NCBI GenBank assembly: GCA_903959905.1 | Contig: CAJBYO010000005.1 | Coordinates: 20,674 to 84,673 of the forward strand | DNA length: 64,000 bases | Origin: an uncultured Bacteroidales bacterium | Lineage (GTDB): Bacteria > Bacteroidota > Bacteroidia > Bacteroidales > FEN-979 | Direction of reading: 5' to 3' | In this document: positions 27,901-37,252 of the stretch, one piece after another | Layout: every line of letters begins with the position of its first letter | Numbering within the stretch: the stretch's first letter is position 1 | Made by a program: the position numbers and the translations under genes | The notes under the pieces: model-generated | Database searches by the model: none | Told to the model about the DNA's origin: nothing | Seen by the model: only the letters and a program-made list of their open reading frames with translations

Positions 27901-30108
27901 CAGGGTGTAGGAGGCTGTGGCTTCAGTTGGGACGAAACTGATCTTTTTCAGGTATGTTCCATTGTATGGGGCAATATCCTGAACAGGCCATCGGGAAGCA
28001 ACAGTAAATGTAAAGGGTCCGTTGTATCCGAGACCGCCGTACATGTTTCCCGGACCCCAGAAAATCCATTGATCGGCCACCGAACCCGGTGCCATCCAGG
28101 TCAGGTGCACATTATTAAGATTGGATCCGGTTACAGTTGCCTGCAGGTTGACCGGCGGGGCAAGATATGGCTGAAGGCAAAAATCCCGGTATAGGGTATC
28201 GCCGGATGTGATCTGAAGGGACGGCAATGTCTGACTTGATTCATGGTACATAGCTGTTATATTGCTGTAGTTCCCGGCGGGTAAATTCAGCTGGTAATGC
28301 CCGGCAGCATCAGAAGTGGTAGAATAAAGGCCGGCTATGATTGTTGCACCTTCAATGGGAATGGTACAACCTGGTTGTTCGGTTACAAAACCATCAATGG
28401 CACCGACTATGGTGTCAATCTGGAGCTGAACCTGGTCAATGTCCCATTTTGGGCCTTCACTGGCAGGCGGGGGGGCGACCGGATCGGGGTTGAAGTTGTC
28501 GTCAAAGTATACCAGTCCGCGCGCTGTATCACAATGGAATGTGCCCCACTGGGCAGAACAGTCCCATCCGCTGGAATTTTCATCCACGGCCACTACCAGG
28601 TTGTTGCCGGAATAATAAAACGGGGGGGAGAAATTGATTTCCAGCCATTGCCCGTCAACAGCATCAGGGATTTGTCCTGAAAAGACCTGCTTCATCCCGG
28701 CAACGGGAACCCAGTCATCATTTCCGGCAAACTCTGTTTTGGAGGTGTTGCCAAGATAAACGGTCCAGTTCTTCCAGTTGGGAAGTGCGGAACCGCCACC
28801 GACATAGAGGAACCTGAGTTTGGAAATAAGTCCCTGCGATCCGCCGCCCGTAGTTATTTCAGTGCCAAGGTAAAGCTGCTGGCTGTAACTGAAATTATAA
28901 CATGATTTGATCGGCAGGTTATCCATGTAATCAGAACCTGAACCAACCTGCACACTGATCCCGGTGCCCGCACCAAACTCATAGGCCCCCATGTCAATGG
29001 AGTAGTCAAATACCCGCATATTTCCGTCCAGATCAGTAGGCTCGGTGTTATAGATATAGTCTCCTGCGTTGATACAGGGACTTCCGGTTTGGAGCCGGAA
29101 GTTGCCGGAAACCGGGTCGACGAACATCGGGCCTGATGAAATATTTCCGCTGCCTGCAGGAAGTGGGTCAGAACAGCAGTTATAAAATGCATTGCCGTCA
29201 TAATTGGAGATATTGCCATTACCGTCGGTATTGCCCCAGATGATGCAATTCCGGAAGTCACCGCCTTCAATCACATAACCAACACCCCCAACGGCAAGAG
29301 CAGTGTTGTTGACGATCGTGCATCCGGTGATGAAAATGGTTTGGTAACCGCTGATGAGATTGCCCCAGTCACAGTATACACCGCCTCCGCCAACAGGTGC
29401 GTTAGGTGCGCTGTTATTGGCGATCAGGCAGTTCACGAGTTTCCCGGTGTGGTAAAGGTTCACTCCGCCACCGCCGCCATTGAAATCGCAGGTGCATGTG
29501 ATCGTGTTGCCGGTAATGATACAGTCAACAATCTCCGCATCCGTACCGCAGTCACCCATGAAAATCCCGCCGCCAAAGCTGGATGCGGTATTGTTCCGGA
29601 TGGTACAGTTTTTTACAACAGCTCCGGAAGATCCCCCATAGATGGCGAGTCCGCCTCCGTTATCGGGTGCATGGTTATCCTGAATGACACAGTTAAGGAT
29701 CCGTGGGGATGAATCCAGCATCAGGATCCCGCCGCCATACCACATAAATGTTTCCATGTCCGTATTTCCATGTTGAATGGTAAATCCGATCACCTGGCAG
29801 CCAGGACCCTCACTCTGATCAATGGTAATGACCCTGCCGTAATTACTGCCGTCAATGATCGTACTGGAAATAAATGATGTATCACCGGTTGTAAAGAATT
29901 TGGAGCACAGGATGATATTCTTCCCGTTCATGCTAAGGTTCTCAAAATAGGTGCCTGGTTCCACCAGCACCATATCGCCGTTCACTGCCGCATAAATGGC
30001 ATCCTGGATGTAGCTGTAATCAGCAGGTACATGAAGAATTGCGCTCATTCCCCGGAATGGGAAAAGGGTGATTAAAAAGAGGAATGCTAAAAAGTAGGTT
30101 TTTTTCAT
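24976..30108 (-). CDS. Giant (1710-aa) T9SS cargo protein: right-handed beta-helix, several FN3-like modules, choice-of-anchor/MAM-like and CarboxypepD_reg-like domains, type-A CTD
   Basis: ATG 30108 (MKKTYFLAFLFLITLF). N-terminal G-G-G(I/V) beta-helix repeats. FN3-type LxWT..WxxEWG modules. GTLQGVVTD..NASGAYQF..PVGTY. C-terminal KIYPNPTNDRFTM..GIYLIKV. Confidence 0.85.
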   Translation of the reverse strand: MKKTYFLAFLFLITLFPFRGMSAILHVPADYSYIQDAIYAAVNGDMVLVEPGTYFENLSMNGKNIILCSKFFTTGDTSFISSTIIDGSNYGRVITIDQSEGPGCQVIGFTIQHGNTDMETFMWYGGGILMLDSSPRILNCVIQDNHAPDNGGGLAIYGGSSGAVVKNCTIRNNTASSFGGGIFMGDCGTDAEIVDCIITGNTITCTCDFNGGGGGVNLYHTGKLVNCLIANNSAPNAPVGGGGVYCDWGNLISGYQTIFITGCTIVNNTALAVGGVGYVIEGGDFRNCIIWGNTDGNGNISNYDGNAFYNCCSDPLPAGSGNISSGPMFVDPVSGNFRLQTGSPCINAGDYIYNTEPTDLDGNMRVFDYSIDMGAYEFGAGTGISVQVGSGSDYMDNLPIKSCYNFSYSQQLYLGTEITTGGGSQGLISKLRFLYVGGGSALPNWKNWTVYLGNTSKTEFAGNDDWVPVAGMKQVFSGQIPDAVDGQWLEINFSPPFYYSGNNLVVAVDENSSGWDCSAQWGTFHCDTARGLVYFDDNFNPDPVAPPPASEGPKWDIDQVQLQIDTIVGAIDGFVTEQPGCTIPIEGATIIAGLYSTTSDAAGHYQLNLPAGNYSNITAMYHESSQTLPSLQITSGDTLYRDFCLQPYLAPPVNLQATVTGSNLNNVHLTWMAPGSVADQWIFWGPGNMYGGLGYNGPFTFTVASRWPVQDIAPYNGTYLKKISFVPTEATASYTLKVWKGSNASTLLLSQAVIDPIISGWNEVTLATPILIDGTQELWFGYEIVQTTGYPAGLGPGPAVTGKGDMINSGYGWFSMKEAWGYEFNWTLKGFVSESPMLAPLQIIPIAESSTPQPLPMNPLAVPRIMKFDQSLLPTPDINRPATATMGRIPVTPAPSSPLTTLTGYNVYRDNNILASNITGLSFDDLTLAKGGYDYEVSAQYDNGESVRTGPVHVDIYTCFPPTGLAVPNSSLATTSAEILWTPSTMSSALEWELEWGLSGFSHGMGNTATVITTPQYTMSGLLAGAEYDVYIRTRCSLTDASAWVKKTFRTHYFNCPAGSVPEAETCGTNANGCDAVPPPSESIASGETKCGTVWLTRTHRDEDFYSFSLTAPADVTLSFKAEFTSVMGIRAVPCSTNYFYATAFTAPGYDNVTGARLGSAGSYFVYAAPSYSEQVVCDSLSRYWLKLEYNYCLSPTGLDAINLTTSSADLTWTSTASMWNIEWGPFGFTKGTGTMITGTGSNPYHLAGLTMGNAYSYYVQSDCGSGTTSSWSGPYTFYVPCPSVSLPYAEDFISQYIGTTPQCWQVHNYGAPSNWIVDLNNYAGGEFPQLMFVPDNPYFYNGRSFLTSPVINTTGQASLDLTFKQYINVYSATSSCEIWTTSDGGISWSSVWSYSQPGITGPETISLSISTADVGSATFQFAFAVNGYSWDIGTWQIDDIVLTGVPQSGTLQGVVTDCITAGFLEGVTVTLGANTTTTNASGAYQFLNMPVGTYNVEFSLTGYVTKSVPGVQVVNATVTTLDTCIIPSGPPVNLTLQNTTIQAGQTTCFDATQIITVAGGGTTFLVQPTGNVTMIAGLKIDYLPGTRVMPGGYMDGKIAPGGPYCGGPPAVMVTAGTGDEEKPMVADQTALKIYPNPTNDRFTMVLPGDIQQEMIRVEIFGMRGDKVLSAQITGEFRHEFSLSDNPAGIYLIKVVAGNKVLTAKLVKTR

Positions 30109-30533
30109 GGGGATTGATTTTGAACTTATCAATGAATCAAATTAATGACACCAGATTATCTATAATTCGTTATTATTATTGACAAAAGAAATGAACTCAG
30201 CTGGTTGGGTGCAGGCTCGACCCTGTTTCAAGAGATATCAATGCTCAGCTAAAAGTATCTTGATCTGAAGGCGTCTTCAAAATCCTGATATTGTAGGAAA
30301 TGTCGTGTTTGGTTATAGTTAGACCAGTTATGAACAAAAGTAGGCAATAAATAACCGATGGCTGAAAACTTTAACTTTTGTTAACAAAAATTGAAACTGC
30401 ATCCAAACATCCATGATCTGATGAATCAATCTGTGTAAACTGCCGGTTAAAATATCCCGCAAAGAGTGCCGTTATTAAATCCTGATAAAAGGAGGGTTTG
30501 GTGTTCAAACGTGTGCCTCCCGCACAGAAATGT

Positions 30534-30541
30534 TAATTTTG
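30534..30541 (+). promoter_or_regulatory. Bacteroidota -7 box (TAnnTTTG)
   Basis: taattttg, ending 15 nt upstream of ATG 30556. Confidence 0.45.
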
Positions 30542-30555
30542 CAAAAAACAGACAT

Positions 30556-31587
30556 ATGAAATACAACATATTAGGAAATACCGGCGTACTTGTTTCAGAA
30601 TTGTGCCTGGGTGCCATGACCTTCGGTGGCAAGGGATTCTGGAAATCAATCGGTGAAATGCCCCAGGATGAGGTGAACCAGTTGATTAAAACAGCAGTTG
30701 ACCATGGAATTAATTTTATTGATACCGCCAATGTTTATTCCGAAGGCCTGTCGGAGACCATGACAGGAAAGGCGCTGCAGACGCTTGGAGTCAACCGGCA
30801 GCAGGTTTTCCTCGCCACAAAGGTGAGGGGAAGGATGGGACCGGGCCCGAACCAGGTCGGACTGTCGCGGTTGCACATCATTGATTCGGTGGATGACAGC
30901 CTTACCCGGCTTGGACTTTCACATATTGACCTGCTTTATATCCATGGTTTTGACCCCATTACGCCGCTGGACGAGACCATGCGCGGACTGGAGGAGGTGG
31001 TGAGGGCAGGCAAGGTGAGATATCTCGGTATCAGCAACCACCCGGCCTGGATGGTGATGAAAGCCAATGCCATTGCCGATAAAATGGGCTGGTCAAAGTT
31101 TGTGGCCCTTCAGAACTATTATTCTGTGGCTGGCAGGGATGTGGAACGGGAACTCGTCCCCCTCGCACTGAGCGAAGGGCTGGGTTTGATGCCCTGGAGC
31201 CCACTGGCCGGGGGGTTCCTGTCAGGAAAATTCACCCGCGGGAAATTGAAGGCAGGCGACAGCCGCAGGGATGACTTTGACTTCCCTCCTGTAAACAAAG
31301 AAAAAGCCTGGGAAATTATTGATGTGATGTCAGAAATTGCTGCTCAACACGGAGTATCGGTGGCACGGGTGGCGCTCACATGGCTCCTGCAAAAACCGGC
31401 AGTTACCAGCATCATTATCGGCGCAAAGCGGAATGACCAGTTGCTCGACAATATTGAGGCAACCAGCCTGCAATTGACGGTTGAGGACATGAATAAGATT
31501 GACCAGGTGAGTGCACTGGTGCCCGAATACCCGGGATGGATGGTGGAAAGGCAGATGGCTGGGAGATTTCCTGAGACTAACTCATAA
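30556..31587 (+). CDS. Aldo/keto reductase
   Basis: ATG 30556 (MKYNILGNTGVLVSELCLGAMTFGG) lies 15 nt after a -7 box. INFIDTANVY, LYIHGFD, GISN. Confidence 0.9.
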   Translation: MKYNILGNTGVLVSELCLGAMTFGGKGFWKSIGEMPQDEVNQLIKTAVDHGINFIDTANVYSEGLSETMTGKALQTLGVNRQQVFLATKVRGRMGPGPNQVGLSRLHIIDSVDDSLTRLGLSHIDLLYIHGFDPITPLDETMRGLEEVVRAGKVRYLGISNHPAWMVMKANAIADKMGWSKFVALQNYYSVAGRDVERELVPLALSEGLGLMPWSPLAGGFLSGKFTRGKLKAGDSRRDDFDFPPVNKEKAWEIIDVMSEIAAQHGVSVARVALTWLLQKPAVTSIIIGAKRNDQLLDNIEATSLQLTVEDMNKIDQVSALVPEYPGWMVERQMAGRFPETNS

Positions 31588-32953
31588 GGAAACTGACGAT
31601 CCGGGTCTTTAACTTTGAGTAAGGCGGGTACCTGAGCCAGATGTCGAACAGGTTCGATTTATCCAGTACCGACCGCATGTTTGAAAAGGTCTCAAACGAC
31701 TTTTTCCCATGGTACCTGCCGATTCCGCTGGGTCCTATGCCGCCGTACGGCAGGTAGGGAGAGGCGATCTGCATGACCGTTTCATTCACGCTGGCATTGC
31801 CCGACTGGGTTTTTCGCAGGAAATCCCTGATAAGTTTCTTGTCCTGTGAAAAGATATAGGTTGCCAGCGGTTTGGGATGCTGTTCTATGATGGCATATAC
31901 CTCGTCAAAATTTTCAAAGTCAATGACCGGCAATACAGGCCCGAAGATTTCATCCTGCATGACCGGATCGCCAGGCTTCACATTTTTGATCACCGTAGGC
32001 TCTACATAGCGCGTTCCTGGATCTGTTTTGCCCCCTGTAACAATCTCTCCGCATTTCATCAGTCCGGCAAGCCTGTGTGCGCTTGCCACGCTGATAACCC
32101 TTGCAAAATCGGGGCTGTTCTGCGGGTCGCCCTGGTAGAATTTGCTTATTTCCGCTGAAATAAGCTCAAGAAACCTCTCTTTCACCCGTTTGTCAATCAG
32201 CACATAGTCGGGGCTCACACATGTCTGCCCGCAATTGATGAGTTTACCCCAGGCGATTCGCCTTGCAGCAAAGTCAAGCCTGGCATCCGCTGCCACAACA
32301 CACGGATTTTTGCCGCCCAGCTCAAGTGAGAACGGCGTTAAATGCACCGATGCTTTCTGCATCACATGTTTTCCGACACCCGGACTGCCGGTGAAAAAGA
32401 TGTAGTCAAATTTCTGGTCGAGAAGGTATTCGCTGACATCGTGGTCACCATCAATCATCGCCACCAGTTCATTCGGGAACCTGCTGAGGATTTTAGCCAT
32501 CACGGCAGCTACATTGGGCACCTGGGCAGACACTTTCATGATCACGCAGTTTCCTGCTGCAAGCGCACCCACCAGCGGCATGAAGGCAAGCTGAAAGGGG
32601 AAATTCCAGGGAGAAAGGATCAGTACTTGTCCGTAAGGCTGTGGCAGCACATAACTGTGTGAAAGAAAATGAACGATCGGCGTCCTGACACCCTTTGGTT
32701 TTGCCCAGCGCCGGAGGTTGCTGATCACATGGTTCAGCTCTTTGATCACAAACCTTGTTTCGGTGCCGATCACTTCAAATTCGGGCTTGTGAAAGTCCTT
32801 CCAAAGCGCTTCTGCAATCTCCTGTTCATGCTGGATGATCAGCGAACGCAACCGCTTCAGCATGTCAACCCTGAAGGCTGTGTCAAACGTTTTCCCTGTG
32901 GAAAAAAACCTGCGTTGCGATGCCATGATGGCGCCAATTACTTCTTTTTCCAT
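31577..32953 (-). CDS. NAD(P)-dependent aldehyde dehydrogenase (class-3/fatty-aldehyde type)
   Basis: FFTGSPGVGK, ELGGKNPCVV, catalytic CGQTCVSPDY, EIFGPVLP. Alternative start ATG 32926. Confidence 0.9.
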   Translation of the reverse strand: MEKEVIGAIMASQRRFFSTGKTFDTAFRVDMLKRLRSLIIQHEQEIAEALWKDFHKPEFEVIGTETRFVIKELNHVISNLRRWAKPKGVRTPIVHFLSHSYVLPQPYGQVLILSPWNFPFQLAFMPLVGALAAGNCVIMKVSAQVPNVAAVMAKILSRFPNELVAMIDGDHDVSEYLLDQKFDYIFFTGSPGVGKHVMQKASVHLTPFSLELGGKNPCVVAADARLDFAARRIAWGKLINCGQTCVSPDYVLIDKRVKERFLELISAEISKFYQGDPQNSPDFARVISVASAHRLAGLMKCGEIVTGGKTDPGTRYVEPTVIKNVKPGDPVMQDEIFGPVLPVIDFENFDEVYAIIEQHPKPLATYIFSQDKKLIRDFLRKTQSGNASVNETVMQIASPYLPYGGIGPSGIGRYHGKKSFETFSNMRSVLDKSNLFDIWLRYPPYSKLKTRIVSFLMS

Positions 32954-34557
32954 TCCTCTTCAAGCTGCATTAGTTGTGTGGAAATTTCATTTACCGGAGT
33001 GCCCGCCCTGGATGGGATCCCGCTCATGCTGTATTCTGCCATGGCGGTGATGGTAAGGCTCGGGTTGACCCCGATGTTGCCCTGTATGACGGATCCGCCG
33101 GTAATGTAGAAATCCGGATATCCGTGAACTTTCAGATTGCTGTCAACAACCCCGCCATCCGGTGTTTCTGCCATGGGGCACCCTCCGAGGATATGGGCCG
33201 TGGTGGGCCTGTTGAAAAACACTTCCAGCAGGATGTTCTGAGCCACGCCGGTCACTTTCCGGGCATACCGTTCCATCACCTCCTGGCCGATGGGAATGAA
33301 GGCGGGCACCCTCTTGTTCCCGCTGTTGTCAATCTTCATTTTTCCGCCAAAAAGCGTTTTTTTCCACACCATCTTCATGGCATTGTCGGTGGTTTGCATC
33401 ACCAGGAAAATAACCGATCCTGTAGACCATCTAAAATTGAAAACGGTTTTTAGAAATTGCCAGGGATGGGTAACGGTTTTCTTCAGCAGCATCCACGACC
33501 TTCTGGCTGTGGAACCGGCGCCAGCCACAGAAAGTCCGAAAAACCACTTCATGGCATTTGAATCATCGGGGTATTTGACCACCTCCACATGCGTATATGC
33601 GTCGGGGCTGAATACAGAGGTGATGGCAAGCCCGTTATTCATTTTTTCTTTTGCCCCCGACACGGCACAAAGCGTTTCTGCATTCGTTCGTAAATCGCAG
33701 CCTAGTTTTTCAGACAGCAGGGGCAGGGTTTTGTATTTATACTTCTGTTTGAGCAACAGGTCGAGCGTGCCCAGGGCCCCGGCTGCAACGACGATCCCCT
33801 TTGCTTTATAAACCTGCCGGCTCATGGAGAAAAATGACGTTAACCTTCTGGTTTCCACATGATAGAGATTGTTGTGGAAGGTGATTTTTCCGGCTTTTGT
33901 TTCCGGCAGGATCACTGCGCCCAGCTTTTCAGCAAACCATAAATAGTTCCTGTCAAGCGTATTTTTTGCATTTTCCCTGCATCCAACCATACAACCTGCG
34001 CATTCTATACATCCTTTCCGCATGGGGCCCAGCCCGTTGAAATAGGGATCTGTCTCGTTTTCAACACCGTCGATGTTGACACCGACAAAAACGCTTTCGA
34101 AGGATTCATGTGCCCCCATTTCTTTTGAAACCTCTTCCAGCAAGCGGTCTTCAAGATTCTTCTTCGTGTATTTCTTACGCCCCAGCATGAAGGAAGCCTT
34201 ATCGTAAAAGGGCCCCAGGATCTTTTTCCAGTCGCCGAACCGGTGCCACGAAGGGTTGTCAAAAAAGGCATCGGGTGGCACGTACAGTGTGTTGGCATAC
34301 ACCAGGCTTCCTCCGCCAACACCGGTGCCGCTCATGATGCTGGCGGTGGTATAGAACGAGAGTTTCTGGAATCCGAAAAACCTCAGTGCCGGTACCCACA
34401 GGTATTTCGGCAGGTTCCAGTTGGTCTTCGGAAAATCTTTCGGGTTATATCGTTTACCCTGTTCAATCGTGAGAACGGAATATCCTTTCTCAGCAAGGCG
34501 GAGGCTGGCAACGCTGCCGCCAAAACCGGACCCGATAACAATGTAGTCGTAGATCAT
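32938..34557 (-). CDS. GMC-family FAD oxidoreductase (cholesterol/long-chain-alcohol oxidase-like)
   Basis: ATG 34557 gives MIYDYIVIGSGFGGSVASLRLAEKGYSVLTIEQG. C-terminal TTAHILGGC..HG..NF and GGSVIQGNIGVNPSLTI. Confidence 0.85.
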   Translation of the reverse strand: MIYDYIVIGSGFGGSVASLRLAEKGYSVLTIEQGKRYNPKDFPKTNWNLPKYLWVPALRFFGFQKLSFYTTASIMSGTGVGGGSLVYANTLYVPPDAFFDNPSWHRFGDWKKILGPFYDKASFMLGRKKYTKKNLEDRLLEEVSKEMGAHESFESVFVGVNIDGVENETDPYFNGLGPMRKGCIECAGCMVGCRENAKNTLDRNYLWFAEKLGAVILPETKAGKITFHNNLYHVETRRLTSFFSMSRQVYKAKGIVVAAGALGTLDLLLKQKYKYKTLPLLSEKLGCDLRTNAETLCAVSGAKEKMNNGLAITSVFSPDAYTHVEVVKYPDDSNAMKWFFGLSVAGAGSTARRSWMLLKKTVTHPWQFLKTVFNFRWSTGSVIFLVMQTTDNAMKMVWKKTLFGGKMKIDNSGNKRVPAFIPIGQEVMERYARKVTGVAQNILLEVFFNRPTTAHILGGCPMAETPDGGVVDSNLKVHGYPDFYITGGSVIQGNIGVNPSLTITAMAEYSMSGIPSRAGTPVNEISTQLMQLEEEWKKK

Positions 34558-34801
34558 TAGGTATGTTTTAACCAGGATGGGGCGGTGTAAATTTAGGAAG
34601 TTTACAGCATTATGCGGAAAAAATGTCCGCAGGTTCATTTTCCGGGAACTTTTCTATATTTGTCGGTCAGGGTACAGGTGTATACTTTCCCTGTCTCCCT
34701 TTTCCGGAATCGCGGGTGTGATTGCCGGATCACTTCACTGCCACAGAAGTCCTGACGAATCCAGAGATTCATGGACCACCTTTTTTTATACCAAAAGAAC
34801 A

Positions 34802-34809
34802 TATATTTG
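34802..34809 (+). promoter_or_regulatory. Bacteroidota -7 box (TAnnTTTG) for the L,D-transpeptidase gene
   Basis: tatatttg, 110 nt upstream of ATG 34919. Confidence 0.3.
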
Positions 34810-34918
34810 TGTTAAGTTGAAGCGAAAGAATAAACCATGGCCCAAAGCAGATGGTTTTGTGATCCGGACGTTAAAAATAGCTGACTGAAAAGAACAAAAA
34901 ATCTATCAAAGAAATATT

Positions 34919-36520
34919 ATGAGAAAATTGAATCTGCTTATTCCCTTGCTTGGAATTGTGCTTGCCTTTGCAGCCGGTTCATGCACGTCAAAAAAAATCT
35001 CGCACAATTCCAGGTCCTCAGCCGATCAGTTGAATGTAGCTGTAAATCATCAGAGCAACATTCCCTTTGACAGCGGCCAGGTTTCTGTTTTTTATACATC
35101 ACACCCTGAACTGGAGAAATACCGGGAGGATGCGACAACAGTGTACCGTGAACATCATTATTGCTATATATGGTATGATAATACAGGTGTGGTTGAATTT
35201 GGCCAGACCCTTTATAACAAGGTTAAGGACCTTGCCACGGAAGGAATCCCGGTTAAATTTCCCTATGAGCAACAGGTGGAAGGTGTTTTCAACAATGATA
35301 TCGAAAATACCCTGTCCAAAACTGAAACCGAACTGATGCTGACCAACCTCTACCTCTTCTATGCCGAAAAAGTATACAAGGGAATTGATGAAGACAGCAC
35401 AACCGCGATTGGCTGGTTGCTTCCACGCAAGCAAATGACCTACACCGGGCTGCTTGACTCAATCATGCTCAATCAGCAACTGCTCAACCGCGACGAAAAA
35501 GTTCTTTTCAACCAGTATTACAAATTGCGGGAAGTATTGCAACAGTACCGCGAGATTGAGAAAAACGGGGGATGGAATCCCGTTGACCTTGACCCCAAAC
35601 TGAAAGCATACAAGCCGGGCGATACGGCAAAGGCAATCGCCCAGATCAGGGAACGGCTCTTCATTACAGGCGACATCAAACAAAACAGCAAGAGCAATAA
35701 ATATGACCCTGAACTTGTTGAAGCCGTGAAAAGATACCAGAAACGGAATGGGAACAAACCCGACGAATTGATCCTGCCCAGACACATCAAAGAGATGAAC
35801 GTACCCATCGGGGAGCGGATTAAAAAAATCATGGTCAACATGGAGCGTTGCCGCTGGATTTCACCTGACCTTGTGAAAGCAAAGGAGATGATCGTTGTTA
35901 ACATACCTTCGTTCAAACTGAATTTTTACCGCGACGGAAAAAGTGAACTTGAATCTCCTGTGATCGTTGGGAAGAATGTAACGAAAACAGTCATTTTCAG
36001 CGGTACGTTGAGTTATATCGTATTCAGCCCGTACTGGAATGTGCCGCATAGCATCATTGTTAAAGAGATTAAACCGGGTATGGCGAAAAACCCGAATTAC
36101 CTGGAAAAACATAACATGGAGTGGAACAACGGCCAGGTAAGGCAAAAACCCGGTAAGAGCAATTCGCTGGGCCTGGTCAAATTTATCTTTCCTAACTCCA
36201 ACGATATATACCTGCACGATACCCCTTCAAAAAGCCTGTTTGAACAGGAAAGCAGGGCCTTCAGCCACGGCTGTATCCGCGTCGGCAAACCACGGGACCT
36301 GGCTTTATGCATCCTGAAGGATGACAAAAACTGGACCCCGGCAAAAATAGATGCTGCCATGAATGCGGGGAAAGAAAACAGCTACCCGATAAAAAATAAA
36401 ATGCCGGTTTACATCGGCTACTTTACAGCTTTTGTGGATGAGCAGGGCATGATCAATTTTTACGAAGATATTTATGACCGTGATGCACGGCTGGCGGGAC
36501 TTCTATTTAACAATCAATGA
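34919..36520 (+). CDS. L,D-transpeptidase family protein (YcbB-like, with peptidoglycan-binding repeat)
   Basis: Lipoprotein signal (..FAAGSC). AVKRYQKRNG PG-binding motif. YkuD catalytic HDTPSKSLF....AFSHGCIRV. Confidence 0.85.
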   Translation: MRKLNLLIPLLGIVLAFAAGSCTSKKISHNSRSSADQLNVAVNHQSNIPFDSGQVSVFYTSHPELEKYREDATTVYREHHYCYIWYDNTGVVEFGQTLYNKVKDLATEGIPVKFPYEQQVEGVFNNDIENTLSKTETELMLTNLYLFYAEKVYKGIDEDSTTAIGWLLPRKQMTYTGLLDSIMLNQQLLNRDEKVLFNQYYKLREVLQQYREIEKNGGWNPVDLDPKLKAYKPGDTAKAIAQIRERLFITGDIKQNSKSNKYDPELVEAVKRYQKRNGNKPDELILPRHIKEMNVPIGERIKKIMVNMERCRWISPDLVKAKEMIVVNIPSFKLNFYRDGKSELESPVIVGKNVTKTVIFSGTLSYIVFSPYWNVPHSIIVKEIKPGMAKNPNYLEKHNMEWNNGQVRQKPGKSNSLGLVKFIFPNSNDIYLHDTPSKSLFEQESRAFSHGCIRVGKPRDLALCILKDDKNWTPAKIDAAMNAGKENSYPIKNKMPVYIGYFTAFVDEQGMINFYEDIYDRDARLAGLLFNNQ

Positions 36521-36571
36521 GTTCCGAAGAGTATATATGGAGGTTTATAAATATATTCGTATCTTTGCCGG

Positions 36572-37252
36572 ATGAAAAAGCTATTGTTATATCTCATATT
36601 GCTGCTTGTGCCCGTCATCAACAAGGCTGAAGCAGACAAGGTCCTTTTTGCGACTGAAGGGAAGAATGACATTTATGCTGCCCTGAAATTGTCGGAAAAA
36701 GGGCTGTCACAGGAAGTATTCCAGATGGTCCTGAAGGGATACAAAAAACTTGAGTCCATTGGTAAACTGCAGAATGCCAATATTCTGACCATTGTTGATT
36801 TTTCGCAGTCGAGCAAACAGAAACGGCTGTATGTGATTGACCTGATCCATAAAGCACTCCTGTTCAATACCTATGTAGCCCATGGAAGAAATACCGGTGA
36901 TGAGTTTGCAAAGTTTTTCTCCAATAAAGCAGGTTCGTGTAAAAGCAGCCTTGGATTTTACATCACGAAAAATCCTGCTGTCGGATCCAGTGTCGGCCTG
37001 TCGCTGATCATTGACGGTGTTGAAAAAGGGTTCAACGACAATGCTGAAAGGAGGGAGATCATCATGCATGGCGCCCGGTATGCCACCGAAAACTTTATCA
37101 GGCAAACCGGCAGGCTCGGAAGAAGTTTTGGCTGCCCCGCCCTGCCACCCGACCTGATCAAGCCGGTTATTGAAACCATCAAGAAAGGGACCTGCCTTTT
37201 CATTTACCACCAGGACGATTATTATATCCACCACTCTTCACTCCTGAATTAA
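36572..37252 (+). CDS. Murein L,D-transpeptidase catalytic-domain family protein (YkuD_2-like)
   Basis: KRLYVIDL, VAHGRNTG, SLGFYIT, MHGA.Y, GRSFGCPAL. Confidence 0.8.
   Translation: MKKLLLYLILLLVPVINKAEADKVLFATEGKNDIYAALKLSEKGLSQEVFQMVLKGYKKLESIGKLQNANILTIVDFSQSSKQKRLYVIDLIHKALLFNTYVAHGRNTGDEFAKFFSNKAGSCKSSLGFYITKNPAVGSSVGLSLIIDGVEKGFNDNAERREIIMHGARYATENFIRQTGRLGRSFGCPALPPDLIKPVIETIKKGTCLFIYHQDDYYIHHSSLLN

Noticed and set aside
36560-36567. TAnnTTTG match (tatctttg) only 4 nt upstream of ATG 36572, which would imply a leaderless mRNA.
   Set aside because: The spacing is atypical compared with the other boxes in the window. It could be a chance match, so it is not reported as a promoter.
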